Source: Candidatus Krumholzibacteriota bacterium (GTDB lineage: Bacteria > Krumholzibacteriota > Krumholzibacteriia > LZORAL124-64-63). From it: a DNA stretch of 22,386 bases. A model generated the notes under the pieces. That model was not told the origin of the DNA, made no database searches, and saw nothing but the letters and a program-made list of their open reading frames with translations. The stretch is from positions 1 to 22,386 of the forward strand of contig JBDLKA010000058.1 of assembly GCA_039714075.1 (NCBI GenBank), given 5' to 3'. The position numbers and the translations under genes are program-made. This document shows, piece after piece, positions 7,861 to 15,622 of this stretch (position 1 is its first letter; every line of letters starts with the position of its first letter).

Positions 7861-7908
7861 AAGCTCCTTTTGAATCGATCTTGGGAACCCATCCAATTTT
7901 TCATAAAT

Positions 7909-7943
7909 ATTCGCTGGACTTTCGCCTGGTTTTCGTCTAATTT
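7909..7943 (+). promoter_or_regulatory. lexA promoter with three 11-bp-phased TTCG direct repeats (candidate LexA operator)
   Basis: TTCG at 7910, 7921 and 7932, overlapping TGGACT (7915-7920), 17 nt, TAATTT (7938-7943). Confidence 0.6.
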
Positions 7944-8002
7944 GTCAATCAGATGGTATGAAGGGCCGGGTGGCCCTGGGCCGCATAGCGCAGGAGGCGA
8001 TC

Positions 8003-8614
8003 ATGGGACTTACTCCAAGACAGGCGGAAATTCTCGCGTACATCACCGAGTACAGTGATATCCGGGGTTACGCCCCGACCCTTCACGAGATCGGGGAAAA
8101 ATTCGGACTTTCTTCCGTGGCGACGGTCCATAAGCACGTCAGCCACCTGGTGGAGAAGGGCTACCTGCGCCGTGAACGGCGGAACGCCAGCCGGGATCTG
8201 GAGGTGGTGGGGCTCGGGGGAAGCCAGAACGGTTTGGCGCGCATTCCCCTGCTGGGCACGGTGGCCGCCGGCCTGCCCATCGAGGCTCTCGCTGATCAGG
8301 AGGAAATCAACCTCCCCGAAGAATGGCTGGGAAAGGGCCGCACTTTCGCCCTGCGGGTCCGCGGTGATTCCATGATCGAGGAGCAGATCAGGGACGGCGA
8401 TACGGTCGTTGTCGAGGCCAGGGAAACCGCCCGGAACGGCGAAACCATCATTGCCCTGGTCGACGGGGATTCCGTCACGGTTAAACAGTACTTCCGCGAA
8501 GGGGCCCAGGTCCGGTTGCAACCGGCCAACCCGACGGTTCCGGTGCTCAAGTTGCCCGAGGAACGGGTGCGGGTTCAGGGTGTCGTCATCGGAGTCTTGC
8601 GCCGGTTCTCCTAG
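8003..8614 (+). CDS. lexA: SOS transcriptional repressor LexA (203 aa)
   Basis: LTPRQAEILAYI...GYAPTLHEI...LSSVATVHKHV..L.EKGYL.R winged HTH; Ala-Gly cleavage site in VAAG; catalytic Ser (GDSM) and Lys (VTVK). SD AGGAGG before ATG 8003. Confidence 0.96.
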   Translation: MGLTPRQAEILAYITEYSDIRGYAPTLHEIGEKFGLSSVATVHKHVSHLVEKGYLRRERRNASRDLEVVGLGGSQNGLARIPLLGTVAAGLPIEALADQEEINLPEEWLGKGRTFALRVRGDSMIEEQIRDGDTVVVEARETARNGETIIALVDGDSVTVKQYFREGAQVRLQPANPTVPVLKLPEERVRVQGVVIGVLRRFS

Positions 8615-8635
8615 GACCCGGCGGAGATTGCGGCC

Positions 8636-9688
8636 ATGGCCCTTCGGTCTATCCTGCACCTTCGTCTTATTGGACCGGGTTCGGAGGACGCGCAGGCAAA
8701 ATCAGGGGCCCTGGCCGAACTATGCCGCCGAACCACTCCCGCCTGGGTCATGAAACCCCATGGAGCCTATCTTGATCTGACAGGAACCGAACGCTTGTAC
8801 GGCCGGGGGTTGGACGGACTTGAACACGTCAGCCGCCTGGCCCGTGATGTCGGGGGAATCCGGGCCGCGGGCGCGGGGCCCAGCCGACTCGCGGCACGTC
8901 TTGCCTCCCTGACCGCGGCCCGGGCCGGAGGAGGACTCTTTTCCGTGGCGCCCGGCATGGCGGCCGTTTTTCTGCAGGCATTTCCCGTGGATTTTCTGGC
9001 GGCACCAGCTTCGGTTTCGGGGCGACTTCAAAAGTTGGGGGTCCGAACCCTCGGCGACCTTCAGGTCGTGCCGCCGGCCCTGCTCAAAACCGTGTTCGGG
9101 GCCGGCGGTCCCCGCCTCACCCGCGAAGCCTGGGGCTGGTCCCCTGGTTTGGTCGAACGGGAAGCCGGGGCCCGGCGGGAGGGTTCCTTGCCCCTGGAAC
9201 TTGTTGTCGGCGTCGGGCTCTCCCGGCCGGTTTCCTCTGCCGCGGTGGGGTCGGCCCTGCGCCGTGGATTGGCCGTGCGTGCTTTGACCAGATGTCCCCG
9301 GGGCCCCGCCAGCCGGGGAAATTGGCGGTTGACCGGGTTCTGGCCGGAGGGACGGCGTGCGTCCGTCACCGTGCGGGGGGCGGCGCATCCCGGCTGGAAA
9401 AGCTGGCTGGGCCTGCTGGATTTGCTCTGGAGAAGGTTGCCCCACCGGCGCAAGGGTCTGGTCGGTCTGGAATTGCGGGCGCAGTCTTCGGTAGCCGTTC
9501 AACCTGCCCAGGGGAATCTTTTCCCCGAAGATGAGGCCGATTGCCGCCTGGCGGAAGCCATGCGTCGGGTCCGTCTTGCTTCCGGTGCTCCGCTGGGAAC
9601 GGCCTGCGAAGACCTGCTGTCCGCCTGGGGCGCGGTCTGGTATGGCCCGGGCGGAGATAGACCGAAGTCCGGACAGGGGTTTGGTTGA
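8636..9688 (+). CDS. Y-family DNA polymerase-like protein, catalytically inactive (ImuB-like), 350 aa
   Basis: AYLDLTGTERLYG, AGAGPSRLAARLAS and LQKLGVRTLGDL match palm/thumb motifs. The catalytic acidic residues are absent. Clamp-binding-like QGNLF at 9509-9523. Lies 21 nt downstream of lexA. Confidence 0.75.
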   Translation: MALRSILHLRLIGPGSEDAQAKSGALAELCRRTTPAWVMKPHGAYLDLTGTERLYGRGLDGLEHVSRLARDVGGIRAAGAGPSRLAARLASLTAARAGGGLFSVAPGMAAVFLQAFPVDFLAAPASVSGRLQKLGVRTLGDLQVVPPALLKTVFGAGGPRLTREAWGWSPGLVEREAGARREGSLPLELVVGVGLSRPVSSAAVGSALRRGLAVRALTRCPRGPASRGNWRLTGFWPEGRRASVTVRGAAHPGWKSWLGLLDLLWRRLPHRRKGLVGLELRAQSSVAVQPAQGNLFPEDEADCRLAEAMRRVRLASGAPLGTACEDLLSAWGAVWYGPGGDRPKSGQGFG

Positions 9689-9713
9689 CGGTGGGGGTTC
9701 GGCACGGTAGCAT
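9685..9713 (+). promoter_or_regulatory. Putative sigma70-type promoter for hsp20-lon
   Basis: TTGACG (9685-9690, overlapping the upstream stop codon), 17 nt, TAGCAT (9708-9713). Confidence 0.6.
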
Positions 9714-9763
9714 ACCCACCAATCGTGTATTACCGTTCCGATTGGGCAGTGATCGAGGCGAAA

Positions 9764-10198
9764 ATGAGCAGACGGGACAGAACAGGCGACCTTGAGGAGA
9801 TCTTCGAGATCCTGGTGACATCCTACGCCCAGAAGGGCGGGGTTATCCCCGGTGAAAGCGACTTGTGCTGGCGCCCTGCGACCGACGCCTACGAAACCGA
9901 TGAGCAATTCATCGTCCAGGTCGATCTGGCGGGCATGGACCCCGCCCAGATCGAAGTCCTGGCCGACAAGAACAGCCTCGTGGTCCGGGGGATCCGGCAG
10001 GAATCGTCCGTTCCCGGCAAGAAGCATTTCCACAAGATGGAAATCAATGTGGGCCCTTTTGTGCGCAAGGTTGCGATTACCGTGGATGTCGATGCGTCCA
10101 GCGCTTCGGCCCAGTACAGGAGCGGGTTTCTCTACGTCACTTTCCGCAAGGGTTCCGGCAATGAAGGTGCCCGGAGGCAAATCACCATCGACCGCTGA
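9764..10198 (+). CDS. Hsp20/alpha-crystallin family small heat-shock protein (144 aa)
   Basis: WRPATDAYET...VDLAGM...GPFVRKV...AQYRSGFLYV and a C-terminal ITI (IxI) motif. SD GAGG before ATG 9764. Confidence 0.92.
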   Translation: MSRRDRTGDLEEIFEILVTSYAQKGGVIPGESDLCWRPATDAYETDEQFIVQVDLAGMDPAQIEVLADKNSLVVRGIRQESSVPGKKHFHKMEINVGPFVRKVAITVDVDASSASAQYRSGFLYVTFRKGSGNEGARRQITIDR

Positions 10199-10281
10199 GA
10201 TTGCGGCGGTCACAACGGCTGCATGATACCGAAGAACAAGGCGCCGGCAGCGCCCTGAAATCTGGAAGGAGCTGGAGCTAC

Positions 10282-12663
10282 ATGGCGGACAACGATCAGG
10301 ATCTCATGGAACTGGATCATTCCGGGGAAATTGTGCTGCCTCGGGAAATGCCCATTCTGCCCATCAGCGAAGCGGTCATTTTTCCCGCCATGATGGTGCC
10401 CCTGGTTCTGAGTGACGCGAACCTGGTCAAACTGGCGGACGATTGCCTGGCCGGGCATAAAATCCTGGGGGCCTTCTCCCAGCGGGACATCGGCGACGAA
10501 GATCCCGACGACGTCGATGAACGCGATCTCATCTACCAGGTGGGGACGGCCGTCAAGATCCAGAAGATGCTGCGTTTCCCCGATGGAAGCATGCGTCTGC
10601 TCGGGCAGGGCATTGCCCGGTGCCGCATCAACAAGTTTCTTGCCACGGACCCCTACATGCTGGCCGACGTGGAGCTGATCGAGGAGGACATCCAGGACGA
10701 TTCCCGCACCCTGGCCTACATGCGGGGAGTGGCCAACAACTTCCTGAAGATCATCGACGCCAGTGAAACCCTGTCCGAGGAACTCAAGGTCGTCGTGATG
10801 AATATCGACGACCCGGGGCGTCTGGCCGACCTCATCGCGACCAACCTGGATGTCGAAGTCTCCGAAAAACAGAAGATGCTGGAGGAAAAATCCCCCCGCA
10901 AGCGTTTGCAGATCCTGTCCAAGACGGTGATGCGGGAGCTGGATGTCCTGGAACTGGGGCAGAAGCTCCAGACCCGGGTGCGGAAATCCATCGACAAGGA
11001 CCAGAGGGAATACTATCTGCGCCAGCAGTTGAAGGCCATCCAGCGCGAGTTGGGTGAAGTCGACGAGGGTTCGGTCGAACTGGACGATCTGCGGGAACGA
11101 ATCGAAGCGGCCGATTTCCCGGAGAAGGTGCAGGTGGCGGCCGACCGGGAACTGGATCGTCTCGGGCGCATGTCTCCGGGCGCCAGTGAATACACCGTGA
11201 GCAAGACGTATCTGGATTGGCTGCTCGACCTGCCGTGGAACGAAAGCAGTGACGACAAGCTGAACCTGAAACGGGCCGAAAAAATCCTCGAGCGCGATCA
11301 CTACGGCCTGGAGGACGTGAAGGAACGCATCATCCAGTATCTGGCCGTGCGCAAGCTGAAGGACAACCACCGCGGTCCCATCCTTTGCCTGGCCGGGCCT
11401 CCGGGGGTGGGCAAGACGTCCCTGGGCCGCAGCATTGCCGAGGCCGTGGGACGAAAATTCTTCCGCTTCTCCCTGGGGGGAATGCGGGACGAGGCGGAAA
11501 TCCGCGGCCACCGGCGCACCTACGTGGGGTCGATGCCCGGCCGTATCATCAACGGCATCAAGGAGTGCGGGACCAACAACCCCGTGTTCATGCTGGATGA
11601 GATCGACAAGCTGGGCCAGGATTTCCGCGGGGATCCCGCCAGCGCGCTGCTGGAGGTCCTGGACCCCGAGCAGAATTCCGATTTCACCGACCACTACCTC
11701 AATCTGCCCTTTGACCTTTCGAACGTCATGTTCATCACCACGGCGAACATGCTCGATACCATTCCGCGGCCTCTGCTGGACAGGATGGAGGTCATTCAAC
11801 TGGCGGGTTACACCAACCTGGAAAAACTCCAGATCGCCAAGCGGTATCTCATGCCGCGGCAGATCGAGGCGAATGGACTGACGGGCAAGTACATCAGGTT
11901 CACCGACGCCGGCCTGATGCGCATCGTGGAAGACCACACCCGCGAGGCGGGGGTGCGAAACCTGGAAAGGGAGATCGGCACCGTCTGTCGGCAGGTCGCC
12001 ACCGATGTGGCCAAGGGAAAGAAGAAACGGCAGATCATCGGGGCCAACAACCTGGAGGAATACCTGGGGGCGCCCAGCTATACGGGTGACCGTTTGCGCC
12101 GGCATCTCAAAGTCGGTGTCGTGACCGGGCTGGCCTGGACCCAGGTCGGGGGGCGCATTCTCTACATCGAGGGTCTGTCCATGCCCGGCGGTCGTGGCAA
12201 CCTGAAGCTGACCGGCCAGGTGGGCAGCGTGATGCAGGAGTCCGCCAGCGCGGCCTTCAGCTACCTGCGCAACCGGTTCGGCGGGCGCGCGGAATTCAGT
12301 GATTTCTTCTCCGGGCGGGACGTCCATATTCATCTGCCCGCCGGGGCGGTTCCCAAGGACGGTCCCAGCGCCGGTATCGCCATGGCATCGGTCTTGCTTT
12401 CATTGCTGTTGGATAAGAGTCTGGACCGCCGCACCGCCATGACGGGGGAAATTACCCTGACCGGGGCCGTGCTTCCCATCGGTGGTTTGCTGGAAAAGGT
12501 GTTGGCCGCCCATCGCGTGGGGATCCGGAAGATCATCATCCCGGAGGCCAACGAGCCCGATCTCGAAACCATTCCCGAAGAGGTCCGGGAGGCGATCGAG
12601 TTTGTTCCCGTCGCCCATGTGGATGACGTGTGGGATGCCATCTTCCCGGAAATCCTGAACTGA
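10282..12663 (+). CDS. lon: ATP-dependent protease La (LonA), 793 aa
   Basis: Lon N-domain, QREYYLRQQLKAI, Walker A GPPGVGKTS, Walker B MLDEIDK, catalytic PKDGPSAG and GGLLEKVLAA. SD GGAG before ATG 10282. Confidence 0.98.
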   Translation: MADNDQDLMELDHSGEIVLPREMPILPISEAVIFPAMMVPLVLSDANLVKLADDCLAGHKILGAFSQRDIGDEDPDDVDERDLIYQVGTAVKIQKMLRFPDGSMRLLGQGIARCRINKFLATDPYMLADVELIEEDIQDDSRTLAYMRGVANNFLKIIDASETLSEELKVVVMNIDDPGRLADLIATNLDVEVSEKQKMLEEKSPRKRLQILSKTVMRELDVLELGQKLQTRVRKSIDKDQREYYLRQQLKAIQRELGEVDEGSVELDDLRERIEAADFPEKVQVAADRELDRLGRMSPGASEYTVSKTYLDWLLDLPWNESSDDKLNLKRAEKILERDHYGLEDVKERIIQYLAVRKLKDNHRGPILCLAGPPGVGKTSLGRSIAEAVGRKFFRFSLGGMRDEAEIRGHRRTYVGSMPGRIINGIKECGTNNPVFMLDEIDKLGQDFRGDPASALLEVLDPEQNSDFTDHYLNLPFDLSNVMFITTANMLDTIPRPLLDRMEVIQLAGYTNLEKLQIAKRYLMPRQIEANGLTGKYIRFTDAGLMRIVEDHTREAGVRNLEREIGTVCRQVATDVAKGKKKRQIIGANNLEEYLGAPSYTGDRLRRHLKVGVVTGLAWTQVGGRILYIEGLSMPGGRGNLKLTGQVGSVMQESASAAFSYLRNRFGGRAEFSDFFSGRDVHIHLPAGAVPKDGPSAGIAMASVLLSLLLDKSLDRRTAMTGEITLTGAVLPIGGLLEKVLAAHRVGIRKIIIPEANEPDLETIPEEVREAIEFVPVAHVDDVWDAIFPEILN

Positions 12664-12721
12664 CCAGTGGGTGTTTCGTAAAGAACCGTTCCGTTTCTGA
12701 TTCAGCCCCGAGAGGCGATCC

Positions 12722-13891
12722 TTGGCCGAACACAAGATCATGAGCACTTTGATGCGCCCCTTTTTCAAAAAAGGGAAGGCGGGCTCCTTTACCGTGCCCC
12801 GGGCGTTGACGGACTCCTCGCGAATCCTGTGCATCGACTGCGGCGAGTTGAGTGAGTTCCTGTTCCATATTCCCCTGCTGACGGCCATCCGCCACCGGTA
12901 TCCCGGTTCCAAAATGGATTTCCTGGTGCCCGAGGTCCACGCACCGTTGGTGATCCCCAGCGGCCTGGCCCGCCAGTGCATGATCTACAAGGAGGGCCAG
13001 CTCAATCCCTGGCGCCCGGCTTTCGGATCACTTTTGCGCAAACTCGGTGCGGGAAACTACGATGTGGCCCTGGTCATGTCCTATTCCCCGCAACCGAAAC
13101 TGGAACTCGCGGCGCTGGCCAGCGGCGCTTCCCTGCGGTTCGGTCCCTCGCACAAGGAAGCCTGGCCGGGGGTGAATTTCGAAATGCGTCCCGGCAAGGA
13201 CGATGACGGTTATCTGGGGGACAGGTTGAAGTCGGCCGCCCCCTTCCTCGGTTTTGACCCCGAGGAGTTGAACACCCGCTGGCCTCTGCCCCTGGAAAAG
13301 CTCCGGCAGATGGCGCAGCAGGTCCATTTCCACAAACCCAACCCCGACCAGATGCTGATCGGTGTGGATCCCGGCATCGGCAAGTCGGGGCACGGTTTCG
13401 CCCTGGAGAATATCCAGTTCCTGGTCCGGCAGTTGTCCAGCCAACTGTCCTGCAAGATCATGCCCCTGGGGTATCCCGTGGGCAGCGATCGCCTGGAAAA
13501 ATTCGAAGCCAGCCTTTCCGAAGTGCCGGTCGGATTGCAGCGGGACACCCTGCTGGAGATGATCCTGCTGCTGGCCCAGTGCGACCTTTTCGTGGCCGGC
13601 AACACTGATTTCTTTCATTTCGCGGTGGCTCAGGGAGTGCCGGTGATCGGACTTTTCGCCAAAAACGACGGGCCCCAGTGGATGCCCCGCGGCCGGCCGC
13701 GGGCCAGGGTCATTCCCGTCACCAAAGGGGAAAAGGTTGATATCGAAACCCTCATGGAAGCCGTCGAAGGGGTGACCGAAGGTCGGACCAGTACGGCGTC
13801 GACGGTGATCACCACCCCGCTGCCGGGCGGCGGTGCTTCTTCCGGGGCCGGGGTTCTCCCTCCCGTCGAAGACGCGCCAAGTCATGATTGA
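12722..13891 (+). CDS. Glycosyltransferase family 9-like protein with degenerate motifs
   Basis: GT9-like layout (PLLTAIRHRYPGSKMDFLV, LRKL..GNYDVAL, LLAQCDLFVAG, GVPVIGLF), but GD is replaced by SE and DSGxxH by NTDFFH. TTG start with SD GAGG; ATG 12740 is an alternative. Confidence 0.75.
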   Translation: MAEHKIMSTLMRPFFKKGKAGSFTVPRALTDSSRILCIDCGELSEFLFHIPLLTAIRHRYPGSKMDFLVPEVHAPLVIPSGLARQCMIYKEGQLNPWRPAFGSLLRKLGAGNYDVALVMSYSPQPKLELAALASGASLRFGPSHKEAWPGVNFEMRPGKDDDGYLGDRLKSAAPFLGFDPEELNTRWPLPLEKLRQMAQQVHFHKPNPDQMLIGVDPGIGKSGHGFALENIQFLVRQLSSQLSCKIMPLGYPVGSDRLEKFEASLSEVPVGLQRDTLLEMILLLAQCDLFVAGNTDFFHFAVAQGVPVIGLFAKNDGPQWMPRGRPRARVIPVTKGEKVDIETLMEAVEGVTEGRTSTASTVITTPLPGGGASSGAGVLPPVEDAPSHD

Positions 13892-15011
13892 TTCTCCCGC
13901 GACACGGATGCCCCTGCGACTGCTGGTCCTGGCTCCCAACTGGTTGGGCGATGTCGTCATGGCCACCCCCCTGTTGTCTTTTCTCCACCGCAACAAGGAT
14001 GTGGTCCGTGAAACCCTCGGCCGCCCGCTGACCCTTGGGCTGGGTGTGCGGAGCGCCTGGGTGGACCTGTTCCGGGATGATCACAGGATTGATGAACTGC
14101 TGGTCCTTGAAAGAGGCGGGCGCCATGCCGGCCTGGGGGGAGCCTTCCGCCTGGCGAAGTCCATGAAGCAGGGTGGTTACGACGCCGTCATTCTCGGACC
14201 GCCTTCGTTGCGGACCGGACTGGCCGCCTGGCTTTCGGGGATTCCCTGCAGGGTGGGATACCGGGCCGACGGCCGTGCTCTGTTTTTGAATAGGGGGGTG
14301 ACTCCCCGCCGGCGGGGCAGCATCCACTACTCCCGCGAGATGGTTCATTTGGGATCGGTCTGGCTGGAAAGTCTTGGTTTGTCCCCGGATAACCTTCAGG
14401 ACGAACAGGGGGCCTGCTCCCTGCCGGGCTGCGAATCCCTCCGACCGGCGAACCTGGGCGCCGCCGGGCCTGTTTGGGCGGTCGCTCCGGGCACAACCTA
14501 TGGGGAAGCCAAAACCTGGCCGGTCGCACGCCTGGCGGAATTCATCCAACTGGCGGCAAAGCAGGCCGGGGCCCGGTTTGTTTTTCTGGGGGATGCCGCC
14601 GCCCGGGGATTCACCGCCAGCCTGAAGGAACAGGTCCCCGGGGACTGGAGCGAAGACGCCCAGGGTGATGCCTCCCTGATCGACCTGACGGGGAAAACCG
14701 GTTTGACCGCCGCGGTGGAGGTCCTCAAGGCAGCTCGGGTGTTTGTCGGGAACGACAGCGGACTCATGCATCTGGCCGCCGCTCTGGGCGTGCCCACCAT
14801 CGGGGTGTTCGGCTCTTCCAACCCTGACTGGACGGCGCCGCTCGGACCCCAAACCCGGGCGGTTTTCCCGGAGGGATTTCCCTGTCGCCCCTGCTACCGG
14901 AAAACCTGCAACCAGGATACCTTCTGCCTGGAAACCGTTGCGGCCGGGACCGTGCTGGCTGCGGTTCTTGATCTCGTCGGTGATGGCCGGGCCATGCGCG
15001 GAGGTGTTTGA
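13884..15011 (+). CDS. waaF: Lipopolysaccharide heptosyltransferase II (WaaF-like, GT9), 375 aa
   Basis: APNWLGDVVMATP, APGTTYGEAKTWP, DLTGKTGL, GNDSGLMHLAAALGVPTIGVFGSSNP, CRPC. The start overlaps the upstream stop (ATGATTGA). Confidence 0.88.
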   Translation: MIDSPATRMPLRLLVLAPNWLGDVVMATPLLSFLHRNKDVVRETLGRPLTLGLGVRSAWVDLFRDDHRIDELLVLERGGRHAGLGGAFRLAKSMKQGGYDAVILGPPSLRTGLAAWLSGIPCRVGYRADGRALFLNRGVTPRRRGSIHYSREMVHLGSVWLESLGLSPDNLQDEQGACSLPGCESLRPANLGAAGPVWAVAPGTTYGEAKTWPVARLAEFIQLAAKQAGARFVFLGDAAARGFTASLKEQVPGDWSEDAQGDASLIDLTGKTGLTAAVEVLKAARVFVGNDSGLMHLAAALGVPTIGVFGSSNPDWTAPLGPQTRAVFPEGFPCRPCYRKTCNQDTFCLETVAAGTVLAAVLDLVGDGRAMRGGV

Positions 15012-15622
15012 TGGCCGTCTGGAAACGTTGCCTTCCCGGTGAATCGTCCGGTCTTCGTCCCGTCCTGTTTCTCGACCGGGACGGGGTGGTGATCCGGGAT
15101 CGTGATTACCTGAGCGATCCGGACCAGGTCGAGTTGATCCCCGGTGTTGCGGAAACCATGAAGGCCGCAACATCCGCGGGTTATCTGCTTGTCGGGATTT
15201 CCAACCAGTCGGGCCTGGGGCGGAACTTGTTCACCATGCGCGAACTGACTGCGGTCATGGAAAGGCTCGAGGAGATCCTGGCCGCCAGCGGCACGGGATT
15301 CGACGGTTTCTATTACTGTCCGCACGCTCCCGAAGATCAATGCACATGCCGCAAGCCCGGGACGGGATTGTTGGATGAGGTCGCGGAAACCTGCCGGTGG
15401 GACGTCGGCCGAAGCTGGGTCGTGGGGGACAAGGCCAGTGATGTCGCGCTGGCGCGTGCCGGCGGGATGGGTGGGGTTCTGGTCCGCACCGGGAATGGCC
15501 GGGCCAACGAAAATGAAGTCGGCCGCATGGCCGTTGACGATTCCAGAATCCTGATCGCCGCCGACCTGCCCGCGGCCTTTGCCGCCCTGCGCCTGGCCGA
15601 ATCACAGGACCCGGACCGTTGA
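15011..15622 (+). CDS. gmhB: D-glycero-D-manno-heptose 1,7-bisphosphate phosphatase (HAD IIIA)
   Basis: FLDRDGV, SNQSG, YYCPHAP..CTCRKP, VGDKASDV. TGATG coupling with waaF and SD GGAGG. Confidence 0.92.
   Translation: MAVWKRCLPGESSGLRPVLFLDRDGVVIRDRDYLSDPDQVELIPGVAETMKAATSAGYLLVGISNQSGLGRNLFTMRELTAVMERLEEILAASGTGFDGFYYCPHAPEDQCTCRKPGTGLLDEVAETCRWDVGRSWVVGDKASDVALARAGGMGGVLVRTGNGRANENEVGRMAVDDSRILIAADLPAAFAALRLAESQDPDR

Noticed and set aside
8003..8614. Prophage CI-like repressor or prophage boundary
   Set aside because: The N-terminus is a LexA-type winged HTH, and no integrase, phage or att-like features are nearby.
10210..12333. 707-aa ORF antisense to lon, and similar long antisense ORFs (2872-4056, 4070-5473, 8720-10213, 13809-15173, 17845-18900)
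   Set aside because: Shadow frames of well-supported + strand genes in GC-rich DNA, with no recognisable motifs.
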